A stretch of 64,000 nt of DNA from Patescibacteria group bacterium. Its GTDB lineage: Bacteria > Patescibacteriota > Gracilibacteria > BD1-5 > UBA2023. The position numbers and the translations under genes were made by a program. This document shows positions 1 through 10,906 of the stretch, piece after piece (position 1 is the stretch's first letter; every line of letters begins with the position of its first letter). Below the pieces are notes generated by a model, which saw nothing but the letters and a program-made list of their open reading frames with translations, was not told the DNA's origin and made no database searches. The stretch is taken from the NCBI GenBank assembly GCA_049315825.1, contig JBMOJK010000005.1:521-64520 (forward strand), in the 5' to 3' direction.

Positions 1-765
1 ACCAGAGAAGTCAAAGTGTCGATGCTCGCGCTCAAAGATTAACTGCAGTGCAAGTCGAACTGTAAGGTCACTCCTATCTACATCCGCTGCATTAGGCGTA
101 AGTGTCTGCACTGAGTTAAGTTCCTCCACTTTTGACCGTAAATGCTCAGCCGGCAGACCGAGGCGGGTATAGAGCATGCATAATCCTTCAAGTAGTGTTG
201 TGGTCTCTTGGTACATATATACCGAAGCACTCCTCTCCTGCTCAGGCCATCGAATCATCTCTGTGGCCTCAAAAAGACCACGCTGCTTTGAGAATTCGTA
301 AATATTGAGAATTACATCACCATTTATGGTCTGGAACGCTTTGTAGTGATTTTGTTCACTGCTAAAGAAAGCTTCATCCTCATCGATCTCACTAGCATAC
401 GCCTTATATCCTGCATATATTAGCTCCGTCTGCGTCTGCGAAGGAAGCGAGAGGAATTTGGTGCGGAATTTTTTACCTAAAAATGTCGGAATCACTCGAG
501 GAAAACGTAGAAAGAGCTCAAAAAGAACATCATTTTGAGCTCGATGCATATCGTCTGTGGCCTCGGCCCAAGCATCCGAAAACAAAAACAGTTCGTCTTG
601 AACCGCCATCTCCCCGAGATCAAGCAAATTCTCAACTTTTTCCGCTACGCGATTCATCGCGGCGTATGAAAAAAGCTTCGAGATCTGCGGTATCAGTTGG
701 TTGATCCCTGTATCATGAGCCTGTTTGTAAAACTCAGGCTTGATGTCAAAATTTTGAATACTCAT
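1..765 (-). CDS. hypothetical protein (first 255 codons; gene continues beyond window start)
   Basis: Open reverse-strand frame from ATG 763-765 (MSIQNFDIKPEFYKQAHDTG...) to position 1. It is missing from the ORF track only because no stop lies inside the window. No family recognised. Confidence 0.55.
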   Translation of the reverse strand, partial: MSIQNFDIKPEFYKQAHDTGINQLIPQISKLFSYAAMNRVAEKVENLLDLGEMAVQDELFLFSDAWAEATDDMHRAQNDVLFELFLRFPRVIPTFLGKKFRTKFLSLPSQTQTELIYAGYKAYASEIDEDEAFFSSEQNHYKAFQTINGDVILNIYEFSKQRGLFEATEMIRWPEQERSASVYMYQETTTLLEGLCMLYTRLGLPAEHLRSKVEELNSVQTLTPNAADVDRSDLTVRLALQLIFEREHRHFDFSG

Positions 766-802
766 TTCTTACTTATAAGAGAAATGAAGTACTTTGCAAG
801 TA

Positions 803-3121
803 TTACTGATTCTTCGGGATATCGTAGTAGTTGAGGAGGTATTTCGAGATACGTGAGAAGAGCGCAGAAGACGTGGTTTCTGAGTACTGTGCAGAACGTG
901 GGCGATCGATTTTGACGATCATGACGTATTTTGGATTGGATGCTGGGGCGAATCATCCGTAGGAAGTGATTGTATGTCCCGCAGAACCTTCTTCGTATTT
1001 TCCCTTTGAGGCGATCTGAGATGTACCCGTCTTACCTGCGGTATCATATCCTTCCACTCAACCCTTCTTCGCGAAACCAATACTCGCACCTTCTGTAAGC
1101 ATGGCGACGATCTTCTTGGAAGTTTCTTCCTTGATAACCCGACGCAGCGGGGTTGGTGCATTCTTCACGACACGACCGTCACCAAACGTGATCGAATCAA
1201 CAATGTATGGCTGAAAGTAGATTCCACCATTTGCAAGTGCAACATATGCGGCCGCCATCTGAAGTGGAGTTGCTGTGATCAATCCCTGTCCGAACGAAGC
1301 TGTAAAGAGGTCGGTTCGAGACCATTTTTCGTACGGAGGAAGCTTCCCATGTACCTCACCATCGAGCGTGATATTGGTCTTTGCGCCGAAGCCAAAGTCT
1401 ATGATATACTTATAGAAAAGCGCCTTTCCGATCTTTTGAACGATATCAATCATACCAACGTTACAACTCCAGTCGAGCGCATGAGCATACGTGTTGCGAC
1501 CGAGACACTCACTCGAAACATTCTTGATCTTGTATTTGTCGATTTCAACGAATCCCTTATCGAGATAGGTATCTGTTGGCTTGATATCCCCCGTATCGAG
1601 CCCTACTGATACAGTAATCGCCTTGAAAACCGATCCAGGCTCATACAGTGAACTTACGGCGTCATTCTGATAATTCGCAGGTCCGAAATTATCCTTGTAT
1701 TTGTATTTTGTAATCGCAATATTCCCCATTTCGCGTTCTGTTGCTGGACGGAGTTTGATCTTCTTTCCGAGATAATTAAGCTCCTCTCCATTTACCGAAT
1801 CTTCGACAAAGACCGGCATACCAAGAAGATCAAACGCAGGATTTGGATATCGCGCATAGCTTACCTTCTCGATCTGATACACATCACCGAAATTATTCGG
1901 ATCAAAATCTGGATAATTTACCATAGCGATCACCGCTCCAGTTTTAGGATCCAGAATCACAACAGATCCCTTGTTGGCCCGAAACTCATGAATAGATTCA
2001 GAAAGTAGTCTCGTGACTTCTTTCTGAATATTTCGGTCGATTGTAAGCTTGATATCTGCTCCGTTGACGATCTTCTTCTCGCCGAGATCATATCCACCGA
2101 TCGTGCGTCCTGCAGCATCCTTACGAGTTTGTCGCTCACCTTCCTGCCCCTGGAGATAGTCGTTGAAATAGGCCTCAATACCGTATCGACCTACATTTTC
2201 ATTGTCCACGAAGCCTGAAATCTGGCCTCACATATTTTTCTCAGGATAGAATCGCGTCGGATGAGGTTCGAGGATGAGAAATGGAGTCACGGTATCTATT
2301 TCTTTCATGAGTCCTTTACTCGTCGCAGATTTCTCATCGATCATACGCGCATCGATATAATCCTTCGTCCCGAGGCTCATGCGCCTGAGAATCTTAACAT
2401 ATCGCAGTGGGCGCTTTGCGATCTTGTTGTCCATATCAGCCTTGGAAATTCCGAGGATGGTTTGCAGTTTTGCAGAAACAAAATCCGGATCTTTGATCGA
2501 TGTAGGATCGACGTAAACATTCCCCGAGATGAGCGTTACACCCGAATACGCAAATGCTTCAACTTCGCGAAGTTCGTCAGTTGGAAGATTTTCCTTGATG
2601 AGCACAAAGTCGATGAATTCCTTGTCTATGCGGCGCTTGAATTCATCCCGCAGCATTGCATGAAGTATCTCAGAAGAATACGCAATATCGTCATTGCGGT
2701 TAAATTTTAGATATTCAAGTACATGCTCGATACATTTTTCGTTGGCAGTCCTTTCTCGTCCACAGAGCTCAAGATACACAGTATCAACGAGAAAAGGGAC
2801 GAGTTTTTCTTTCGATCCTGGAGCTTTCGGATCAACGGCAAGATCGGGAAGATCCGTCGACGTTGCAAATACTCCTACTGGATCATTGGAAGAGTAAATC
2901 GTTCCACGAGAAACGGGATTTTTAACCGTAATAGTCTGTTGTTTGTCCGCGAGTGACTTGTAGTATTCGTATTCGAATACAGTGTACTTAAAAGTTGTCC
3001 AGAGGATCAGGAGTCCAAATGCCACGCAAAAAGCCGTCACATATCCAATACGATCAATAGACCCGAGGAAACGCTGTAACCTGGGCAATAGACGATGAAA
3101 TAAGATTGAGAGATTATGCAT
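803..3121 (-). CDS. class B penicillin-binding protein (PBP2/FtsI-type transpeptidase), 772 aa
   Basis: Track ORFs 2228..3121 and 1058..2209 plus a 3-prime extension are one frame joined across TGA at 2228-2230, 1058-1060 and 953-955. Motifs SVFK (SxxK), SCN (SxN) and GKTGTSQ (KTG). N-terminal TM anchor. Stop TAA 803-805. Confidence 0.88.
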
Positions 3122-3986
3122 TTATGAGTTCAAAATGGGAAGCAAGTGTGCGTGAGAGCATCGCGATAGAAGGAGTGGTCGAGACAACATGAAGTTGTTG
3201 ACCTGCGTGTGTGGCAAGCTGTGTTGTAAGCGCTATACAGCTATACCTGTGAAACGAGTGCAGCATTTCTTTCATGATCGCATCTTCGAGATAGACGATC
3301 CGGTCGAAATTATCGAGATTATAGGTGCAAAGCCTTCGAGTTCAAATAAGCGTTTCATATTTTCCGGATCGGATATCGAGCCAGAGTTGTGCACGTTTCG
3401 TTTCGGTGAGATCGTTGCTGAATACGCCGATATTTTCACCCGTGATCACCGCTTGTATTCGACTCACATACCAGTCTGATGGGACGATAAAAACAGTGCG
3501 TTTAGGTTCGAATTGGGTGCAATATTCTGCCAATTTTGCTCCGTCTCGGACGAAGTGGAGTTTGGGTTTGGATACTGACGGATGTTCAAAGGTGAATTCC
3601 GGTGCATGTACTCCGTATTTAAGAATACGATGCAGGACAGGTTTAGTGAGAAATAGTGCTACAACTTTATGGATATGGATAGCACTCGTCTTGGCAGTTT
3701 CAAGGATGGTTTGGATCTGAGCAAGACTGAGAACCGGAGTCGAGAAAACGATGGACGCGATGGATCGGATTTCTTCTGGAATTTCACCCGGCCACTCAAG
3801 CACTGAAGCTACGATCCCATGCATGATCTCCTCCCGAAACGGGATATCAACCAGCTGCCCAGCGGCGATGCTTGCACGGAGGGTTTCTGGGACAAAATAC
3901 GTGAGCCCCTCACTGTCGTGCGATGCGTCGAGCGGGAGGATTTGAGCGATCATAGCAATATAGTATCGAGATAGCATAAAGTGCAA
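3114..3986 (-). CDS. PriA-like primosomal protein N-prime, short and degenerate (290 aa, no Walker A seen)
   Basis: N-terminus LPLDASHDSEGLTYFVPETL...GQLVDIPF resembles the PriA 3-prime-DNA-binding domain. Joined across TGA 3342-3344 to ...IGTRRL. Stop TAA 3114-3116 overlaps the PBP start (ATGCATAA). Confidence 0.4.
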
Positions 3987-3988
3987 TT

Positions 3989-4015
3989 AAAAAGCCTCAA
4001 ATTTTGAGGCTTTTT
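3989..4015 (-). terminator. intrinsic terminator after the TraD-like ATPase gene
   Basis: Perfect hairpin aaaaagcctcaaa/tttgaggcttttt with flanking A/T runs, 10 nt after stop 4026-4028. Confidence 0.75.
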
Positions 4016-4025
4016 AATTGTGATG

Positions 4026-6521
4026 TTAACTTGGATTTACGACTGGCTTCGCCTTCTCTGCTTCCGCCCTCAGCCTCTTTTCTTCTTTCTTCTTTTCTTT
4101 GAATTCTTCAGCGGCTTTTTGGAATTTCTTCTCGTCGTCTACAACCTTCATATTGAATTCAAGAATTTTTCGCTCTACGAGATCAACGGGTTTTGAGTAT
4201 TTCTCGCGAGATACTTTGATAACCACATCAGCCTGCTGTTCTGGCACAGTGAGACGAGATCTGATCGGTCCGAGTGTAGTTGCAGAGAACACAGGCGATG
4301 GCATACCATCGATGAGTAGCTTGGTATAAATATCGTATTTTCGGAGATTCATGAGGTCATTCGGAAGAACCATTTCTTCGTCGAGAACTTCCGAGAGCTT
4401 TGTTGCGTCATGAAATCCAACCTGAAACGACACGAGTGTACCTACGTTTCCGAAGACTGCACCCTGAACCGTTTCAGTCATTTGCTCAATGTACTGGTTG
4501 GCCATTACAAGATTGAGCTTGTATTTTCGAGCTTCAGAGAGAATCGTCGCAAAAGAGTCTGTCGCGAAGTTCTGAAATTCATCTACATAGAGATAGAAAT
4601 CCCGACGTTCATGCTCTGGGATATCCGCGCGGCTCATCGCATCAATCTGGAACTTCGTGACCATCATCGCACCAAGGAGGGCTGATGAATCTTCTCCGAT
4701 CGTCCCCTTTGGAAGCTTGATGATAATAATCTTCCCATTGTCCATCGCCCAGCGGAGGGAGAATGGGTTCTTTGGCTGTCCCAAGATATTTCGCATGAGC
4801 GGACTTGAGAGGAACTGTCCTACCTTGTTGAGAATCGGAGCAGCAGCCTCGGTCATCTGTCGTGGTTCGAGAACTTCGTATTCACTCGTCCAGAAACGTG
4901 CGAGGCTCGGGTCTTTGATCTTGGCTACGAGCTTGAGACGATACGACTTCATTGTGAGCATGAGCGGGATCGACATGATCGTCGTATCTGGCATCTCAAG
5001 AAGTGTCATGACCGTATTGCGCATGATGTGTTCAAGTCGCGGCCCCCAACTATCTCCGAAGATTTTCTTAAAAATCGAAACAAGTCCTGATGCTACGATC
5101 GGGCGAAGCTCAGGCTTCACCTGCTCAAGCATATTGAACGCGATCGGATGACGATAGTCCGATGGATCGAAGACGATAACATCGTTCGTACGATTCTTTG
5201 GAATGCATGCGAGAATAGTCTCTGCAAGGTCTCCATGAGGATCAACAAGCCCAACTCCGCGACCCTTTTGGATATCGTCGTAGATCATGTTCTCGAGGAG
5301 GGTCGACTTACCCATACCCGTCTTACCGATGACATACACATGACGCCTGCGATCATTAGGGAGAATACCAAAAGGCACTTCGCTTCCACGGAAATTAGTT
5401 ACTCCAAGCGGAGTTGCGTCGTCGTGTTGATCAATTGTTGGAATATTGTGTGGTGGTTCGAACTTCTTAGTAACGACCCAGTTGATACCTGGAGTTTTTA
5501 CATAGATGGTCGGCATATGAACAATCCCAGCAAGTTCTGCAGTATTGAGGTACATTCCATGTCGATTGGTACGATTGCGCAATGCTTCGTGTGCGTCAAG
5601 CTTTGGCGGACTCGCCTTGAGACTATTTCCGTTTGGTCGAGCAAAGATATTGAGCGAGGTGGCAATCTCCTTGAGAGAAGACCGGGCCATGACTTCGTTT
5701 GAAGTATATGAGGCAATGCGAATATCGACTGCATATCCAAATCCTTTGATCTTTTCTTCGAGCTCAAGTTTCTTGGAGTCATCCTTCTCGTGTCCACCAC
5801 CATGGTGATCATCATGTCCTTCGTCATGCGAGTTCCCACGTATCACCAAAAGCGCAAGTTTTCCAAGCGTAATGAGTGGAATCGTGACCATCTTAAAGAG
5901 GATTCCATACGGGGAAAGCAGGATTTTTTTGATCCATTTTGCTCGCTTAGAAGCAAGAATCTCGATCACATGTTCGTCCTTCCATTCACTGTCTAGGATC
6001 GGTGAGAAATTGACCTGAAAGACAACTGGCTCATTCTTGTTTGCCTTCGAGAGCGCACTCGTGAGAGATGAAAGCGGATCAACCGTTTCTTTTTCACTGC
6101 GATCCTTGAACTCGGTATAGATCTTGATTGGACGAAGGTACTCCTTGGCGAGCGCAAGCTCACTGATGAACGGACTATGATTAGGCAAGTATTCACCTAC
6201 TTCAGTGAGTTCTACATTTGGAAAATGTGCGTAGATCTGGTTTCGTAGAATATTGACATGCGTACGTGGTGCCCGGAAGAAGAATCGAATTACCCCGGCA
6301 ATATTCGCGATTTCAAATCCATACGGCACAAAATGTGTTTGGTGCTTATGAAAAAATCCGTGTGTGTGTTCATCTACGGTATTATGCAGAATGTTGAGAA
6401 TTTGCTCCGCCACAAAAACCCCTTTTTCATTAAGGCGGTCTACGCGGACTTCGAGGAGCGTGGATTCTGACATTGTTGGGGACAAATGGTCAAGGGGAGG
6501 ATTATAGAGAGAAAAGCTCAC
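4026..6521 (-). CDS. TraD/VirD4-like coupling-protein-type P-loop ATPase (FtsK/HerA superfamily) with long N-terminal domain of unknown function
   Basis: 831-aa ORF. Walker A VIGKTGMGKST, Walker B FYLYVDEFQNF. One internal hydrophobic segment followed by the His/Asp-rich stretch HDEGHDDHHGGGHEKDD. No in-frame TGA. Start is GTG 6521 or ATG 6473. Confidence 0.7.
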   Translation of the reverse strand: MSFSLYNPPLDHLSPTMSESTLLEVRVDRLNEKGVFVAEQILNILHNTVDEHTHGFFHKHQTHFVPYGFEIANIAGVIRFFFRAPRTHVNILRNQIYAHFPNVELTEVGEYLPNHSPFISELALAKEYLRPIKIYTEFKDRSEKETVDPLSSLTSALSKANKNEPVVFQVNFSPILDSEWKDEHVIEILASKRAKWIKKILLSPYGILFKMVTIPLITLGKLALLVIRGNSHDEGHDDHHGGGHEKDDSKKLELEEKIKGFGYAVDIRIASYTSNEVMARSSLKEIATSLNIFARPNGNSLKASPPKLDAHEALRNRTNRHGMYLNTAELAGIVHMPTIYVKTPGINWVVTKKFEPPHNIPTIDQHDDATPLGVTNFRGSEVPFGILPNDRRRHVYVIGKTGMGKSTLLENMIYDDIQKGRGVGLVDPHGDLAETILACIPKNRTNDVIVFDPSDYRHPIAFNMLEQVKPELRPIVASGLVSIFKKIFGDSWGPRLEHIMRNTVMTLLEMPDTTIMSIPLMLTMKSYRLKLVAKIKDPSLARFWTSEYEVLEPRQMTEAAAPILNKVGQFLSSPLMRNILGQPKNPFSLRWAMDNGKIIIIKLPKGTIGEDSSALLGAMMVTKFQIDAMSRADIPEHERRDFYLYVDEFQNFATDSFATILSEARKYKLNLVMANQYIEQMTETVQGAVFGNVGTLVSFQVGFHDATKLSEVLDEEMVLPNDLMNLRKYDIYTKLLIDGMPSPVFSATTLGPIRSRLTVPEQQADVVIKVSREKYSKPVDLVERKILEFNMKVVDDEKKFQKAAEEFKEKKKEEKRLRAEAEKAKPVVNPS

Positions 6522-6533
6522 TACGCAAGATGG

Positions 6534-7484
6534 CTAGGAATTGCGTAGGGCGCGAGCTTTTTCGTCGGCGATTTTTTGATGATGTTCGAGCATCGAAGCA
6601 AGCAGTGGACTTGTATGTTTGAGTACCCGTCTATCTCCGTCTCACAGTGGCGTATGAGGTGGTCGTGAAGTGACGATATATCCGACGGTTTTCTCACCTG
6701 ATTGTAGCGGCATCATGAAGATCGAATCGCCCTGCTTTGTACCGAGTATTTCAGGCCCGGTATATTCACCTTCTTCGAGCTTGATATTGGATTCCACCTT
6801 TTGATTCATCGGCCAAACCGTAGGGAATCGCGAATTGTATTTATAGATGAAGAGGTCCGGCACAATCGGATGTTTCTCGATAACGATGATCGAGTTGATG
6901 GAGAGGACATTGCCGAGATGATTGATTGCATCGAGCATTCCACGCTGACCACGATCCCGGAATTCTTGGATCTTCTCGGTAGACTCGTAGAGAATGGCAA
7001 GTTCTCGGCCAGTTTCTGCGAGACGAAGCGAGGTGATATTGTTGATGTGCTTGTAGAGCGAAGCGAGCGTTTCTGGATCGAGGGATTCGAGGTATTCGAT
7101 ATCTGTCTTGGTAAGTGCGACCACGAGGGTCTTTTCACTCGCAGAGAGGGCTTCTACGTCTTTTTGATTGCGATCTGAGAGCACTCCTTCTCCCAGAAAT
7201 GATCCCGTGTATGCCTTTCCAACTTCTTTCTTCTCGCCCGTTGGATTGACTCGAAAGATCGCAATTGCGCCGGAAGCTACGATATAAAAAAATGGATTTT
7301 CTCCCGCTTCAAAGAGGGTTTCTCATTTTGTGAGCACTCTTTTCTTCTTCGCAATGAAATTATCAAACTTCTCAAGAAATGCCATGACTGGGGCGATCTT
7401 GAGATCATTTCGGAGGGAATCGAGATTGATTTGAAGCTTGTTGGGAGCTGTTTCTTTTGGCTCGCGCTTCTCAATTGGTGACAT
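6534..7484 (-). CDS. cyclic-nucleotide-binding (Crp-like cNMP) domain protein with C-terminal GAF-like domain, 316 aa
   Basis: ORFs 7323..7607 and 6642..7184 join across TGA 7323-7325 and 6642-6644. cNMP-domain signature FEAGENPFFYIVASGAIAIF...GSFLGEG. ATG 7482-7484 lies 6 nt after the pilT stop. Stop TAG 6534-6536. Confidence 0.7.
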
Positions 7485-7489
7485 GGTGA

Positions 7490-8596
7490 CTAATTTAGAT
7501 GGAGAGCGAGGAGATCTTGGTCGCGGACTCGGCTTTGGAAGACTTCTTTGGCGATGTGTCATTTCATAAAGAGTGTTTCGAGTGCACGATCCATGAGCAC
7601 CATTCATTCTTGGGCGCCGAGTTCGATCATCGAGTAGATCTGGTGCGTTGCACCTTGGATGATCAGCGAACGAACTGCATCGTTATTAAGTAGAACTTCT
7701 CGACAGGCAACGCGCCCTTTCCCCGTCTTGCGTGGGAGGAGGATCTGACTGACAACTCCGACGAGTGACATCGCGAGCTGGACCCGGATCTGAGGCTGCT
7801 GTGAACTGGGAAACGAGTCTACAATACGATCGATCGATGCAACTGTGTCATTTGTATGCAGGGTTGCGAATACGAGATGACCTGTTTCAGCGAGGGTAAT
7901 TGCTGCGGCCATAGTTTCTGGATCGCGCATTTCCCCGACCATGATGATGTCTGGGTCTTCACGAAGACAAGATTTGATCGCTCGGGCAAATGAGTGTGTA
8001 TGTACCGAGATTTCTCGCTGATGAATGAGAGACTTTTTTGCTTCAAATACATATTCGATCGGATCTTCGATCGTGATGATATGCTTCTCAAAATTTGTAT
8101 TCACGTATTCGAGCATTGACGCAAGGGTCGTGGATTTTCCTGATCCTGTTGGTCCAGTCACGAGTACGAGTCCGTGTCCTTTATGGAGCATATCGATCAC
8201 TGCCTGCGAGAGTCCAAGATCCGTAACAGATGGGATTTCATGAGCCACAAGTCGAAATGCAAACGACGGACCTCGCGTTTCGTAGTATGCATTTACACGA
8301 AAACGAGCACTTTTATACTCGAATGATGCATCCATTTCTTTCTCATCTGGCCATGCACCACGACGGTCGGCAGGAAGTACGAATGATGCTATTGCTCGCA
8401 TATCCTCAGGCGTCATCACTCCAAAGGCAGAAACCGCCTTCATCATCCCATCGTGACCACGAATATAAGGACACATACCTGTAGTGAGATGAAGATCTGG
8501 GACTTTCGTCGCGAGTACGTCGTCCAAAAGTGCGTGAAATCGATCAAGTTGCATAGGCTTTTTCTTGATCGTATCATGTGTTGCAGATTTGCGCAA
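7490..8596 (-). CDS. pilT: type IV pilus retraction ATPase PilT
   Basis: Walker A GPTGSGKST and the PilT-type core. Read-through of TGA 7604-7606 and 7559-7561 restores the typical C-terminus GMVLMDRALETLFMKGHI.... Stop TAG 7490-7492. Start is TTG 8596 or ATG 8554. Confidence 0.9.
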
Positions 8597-8625
8597 AAAT
8601 GCGAGGCGTGTAAAACATCTTTGTA

Positions 8626-8654
8626 TTGACTAAATGTGACTTAGTAGGTATAAA
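8626..8654 (+). promoter_or_regulatory. sigma70-like promoter for the chemoreceptor gene
   Basis: TTGACT (8626-8631), 17-nt spacer, TATAAA (8649-8654), about 80 nt upstream of the AGGAG Shine-Dalgarno and ATG 8735. Confidence 0.5.
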
Positions 8655-8734
8655 TTCCATGCTAAGAATCCTCGGTCAATCAGTGAGATTTCTTTCTGTC
8701 AATTAACATTCGCAAAACAAACAAGGAGATCACC

Positions 8735-10276
8735 ATGTTGCAGAAAATTTCGCAAAAAATCATCGGCATCATCTCATTACTTTCAGTCATCTGCTGTGGG
8801 TTTGCAGGATGGGAGTTTCTCATGATGAAGGAACTTAATATCAATGGTCCGCTTTACAAAAAGATTGATTCAGTAAAAGCTGCCATGGCGGATACTCTTC
8901 CCCCACCATTATTCATCGTCGAATATTTTTCTACTTCTCTGCAACTCTGTGAGACAGTAGAAAAAACAGAGCAAGCTAAGCTGATCAACAGGCTCAAAGA
9001 ACTGAAAAATGCATATCTTGAACGTCACGAATACTGGAAAAAGCAGGCCTTGAATGCAGATATCGCAAACATCCTGCTCAAAAAAGCTCACGATCCTGCA
9101 TTGCGTACTTTTAGCATTGTAGAACGTGAACTAATACCATTGCTGGAAAGCCTGGACAGCGATGCGATTTCGAATGCTCGTAAGAACATAATTGCAGCCT
9201 ACGAACCACATCGACTGGCTATCAATGAAGTCGAACCTCTCCTCACCAAAGAAAGCAATACTCATGAAGCCGAGGCAAATGAACGCCAACGCTTCATAAG
9301 CATCCTATTGCCCCTGGTTTTCGCTGCAGTACTTATGGCAGGCCTCGTAATAGCGATGCGTATCAGTCGAGGAATTACTCACTCTATCAACTCTGCGGTA
9401 AAAGCAGTCGAGCGAGTCGCACAAAATAATCTCACCGGTACCATCGAAGCAGAATCCAAAGATGAAATCGGTGTGCTCATGAATGCACTCAAAGATATGC
9501 AAGCAAATCTCGCAAATGTTGTTCATGGAATACGAACGGCGACTGGGGCAATCACGGTAGCTTCTGGCGAAATTGCGACTGGAAACCTCGATCTTTCCAG
9601 TCGCACTGAGCAGCAAGCATCATCTTTACAAGAAACTGCTGCTAGCATGGAAACTCTCACACAGGGTATTCAGAGCAATGCAAACGAAGCAAAAATTGCT
9701 AGCGAACTCGCGAGCAATACCGCAACACTTGCTCAAGAAGGAGGAGAACTTATCAAAGATGTAACACAAGTAATGAGTGAGACAGTTACTCACTCAAATC
9801 GCATGAGCGATATTATTAGTACCATCGATGGTATCGCATTCCAGACCAACATCCTCGCACTCAATGCAGCAGTAGAAGCTGCGCGTGCAGGTGAACAAGG
9901 TCGTGGGTTCGCGGTAGTTGCAACAGAAGTTCGCAATCTTGCTCAGCGTTCAGCTGCAGCCGCGGCTGAGATAAAAAAGCTAATCGAAAACTCGATTAGA
10001 AATGTTAACAAAGGTGCACTTCTAGTTGATGTTGCCAGTCAAAAAATGCAGTCAATCGTAACTGAAACAAAGAAGGTAACACAAATTATAGCTGGACTCA
10101 GCACTAGTGCCCTCGAACAAAGTAGCGGAATTATAGATGTTAATTCTGCTATCAGTGAAATGGACGGTGTCACCCAACAAAACGCAGCGCTCGTCGAAGA
10201 AGCGGCAGCTGCAGCGGAATCACTCAATGACCAAGCAGAAAAAATGCTTGGTGCAGTGAGTGTATTTCGTATCTAA
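8735..10276 (+). CDS. methyl-accepting chemotaxis protein (Tsr/Tar-like signalling domain, HAMP, two TM segments)
   Basis: 513 aa. Contains [43 protein letters not shown] and ends ...VSVFRI, like enterobacterial Tsr minus the NWETF tail. No in-frame TGA. Stop TAA. Confidence 0.92.
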   Translation: MLQKISQKIIGIISLLSVICCGFAGWEFLMMKELNINGPLYKKIDSVKAAMADTLPPPLFIVEYFSTSLQLCETVEKTEQAKLINRLKELKNAYLERHEYWKKQALNADIANILLKKAHDPALRTFSIVERELIPLLESLDSDAISNARKNIIAAYEPHRLAINEVEPLLTKESNTHEAEANERQRFISILLPLVFAAVLMAGLVIAMRISRGITHSINSAVKAVERVAQNNLTGTIEAESKDEIGVLMNALKDMQANLANVVHGIRTATGAITVASGEIATGNLDLSSRTEQQASSLQETAASMETLTQGIQSNANEAKIASELASNTATLAQEGGELIKDVTQVMSETVTHSNRMSDIISTIDGIAFQTNILALNAAVEAARAGEQGRGFAVVATEVRNLAQRSAAAAAEIKKLIENSIRNVNKGALLVDVASQKMQSIVTETKKVTQIIAGLSTSALEQSSGIIDVNSAISEMDGVTQQNAALVEEAAAAAESLNDQAEKMLGAVSVFRI

Positions 10277-10296
10277 TTTCCTAAAGGAGGAAAAAC

Positions 10297-10326
10297 AAAA
10301 ACCGTCTGTACGCAGACGGTTTTTTT
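10297..10326 (+). terminator. intrinsic terminator after the MCP gene
   Basis: Hairpin aaaaaccgtctg-tacg-cagacggttttttt. Confidence 0.8.
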
Positions 10327-10403
10327 CATGCCCCAAAAGAAGCCACTCTTGATTTCGGTTCTGTTTAAGATACACTATTGCGTTATCCGTTATCCAAAAT
10401 TTT

Positions 10404-10904
10404 ATGAAAAAAGGAAATCTCTTTTTGCTCGGTCTCGGGTATGCTACAGGACTCCTAGTAGCCCTCAAGTTTGCTGCAGACGGCAAGAAAAAAACTATCC
10501 CAGAAATCGCCGAAGATATCAAAGCGATCCATAAAAATCTCTGGACCGAAGGAGAGGAGAAGATCTTCAGTCCTGAAAATCGAGAACGCGTAGCTAAACT
10601 TAAGGTACAAGCTCTCGAAGAAATCGACGGATTCAAAAAAGAAGCCGACAAAACAATCGCTGAACTCACAAAGAAAGGCGAACTCAAGCGTGATGAAATC
10701 GAAGAAGTCCTCAAGGACCTCTATGCTCGCCGCAAAGAAATCCTCGAAGATCTCATGGAAGAAGCATCCGATCTCGCTGAAGATGGACTCGAAGAAGGTG
10801 AAGAAATCGCCAAAAAGCTCGCCAAGAAAATCCGCTCACTCGCCAAAGACCTCAAAAGCGAACTCGAAAAAACCTACAAAGATCTTAAGAAAAAAATCAA
10901 ATAA
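10404..10904 (+). CDS. YtxH-like membrane-anchored coiled-coil protein
   Basis: N-terminal TM (LFLLGLGYATGLLVAL) followed by a Lys/Glu-rich helical region. Stop TAA. Confidence 0.5.
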   Translation: MKKGNLFLLGLGYATGLLVALKFAADGKKKTIPEIAEDIKAIHKNLWTEGEEKIFSPENRERVAKLKVQALEEIDGFKKEADKTIAELTKKGELKRDEIEEVLKDLYARRKEILEDLMEEASDLAEDGLEEGEEIAKKLAKKIRSLAKDLKSELEKTYKDLKKKIK

Positions 10905-10906
10905 TC

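Noticed and set aside
483-704. 73-aa forward ORF.
   Set aside because: It is antisense to the long reverse-strand frame 1..765.
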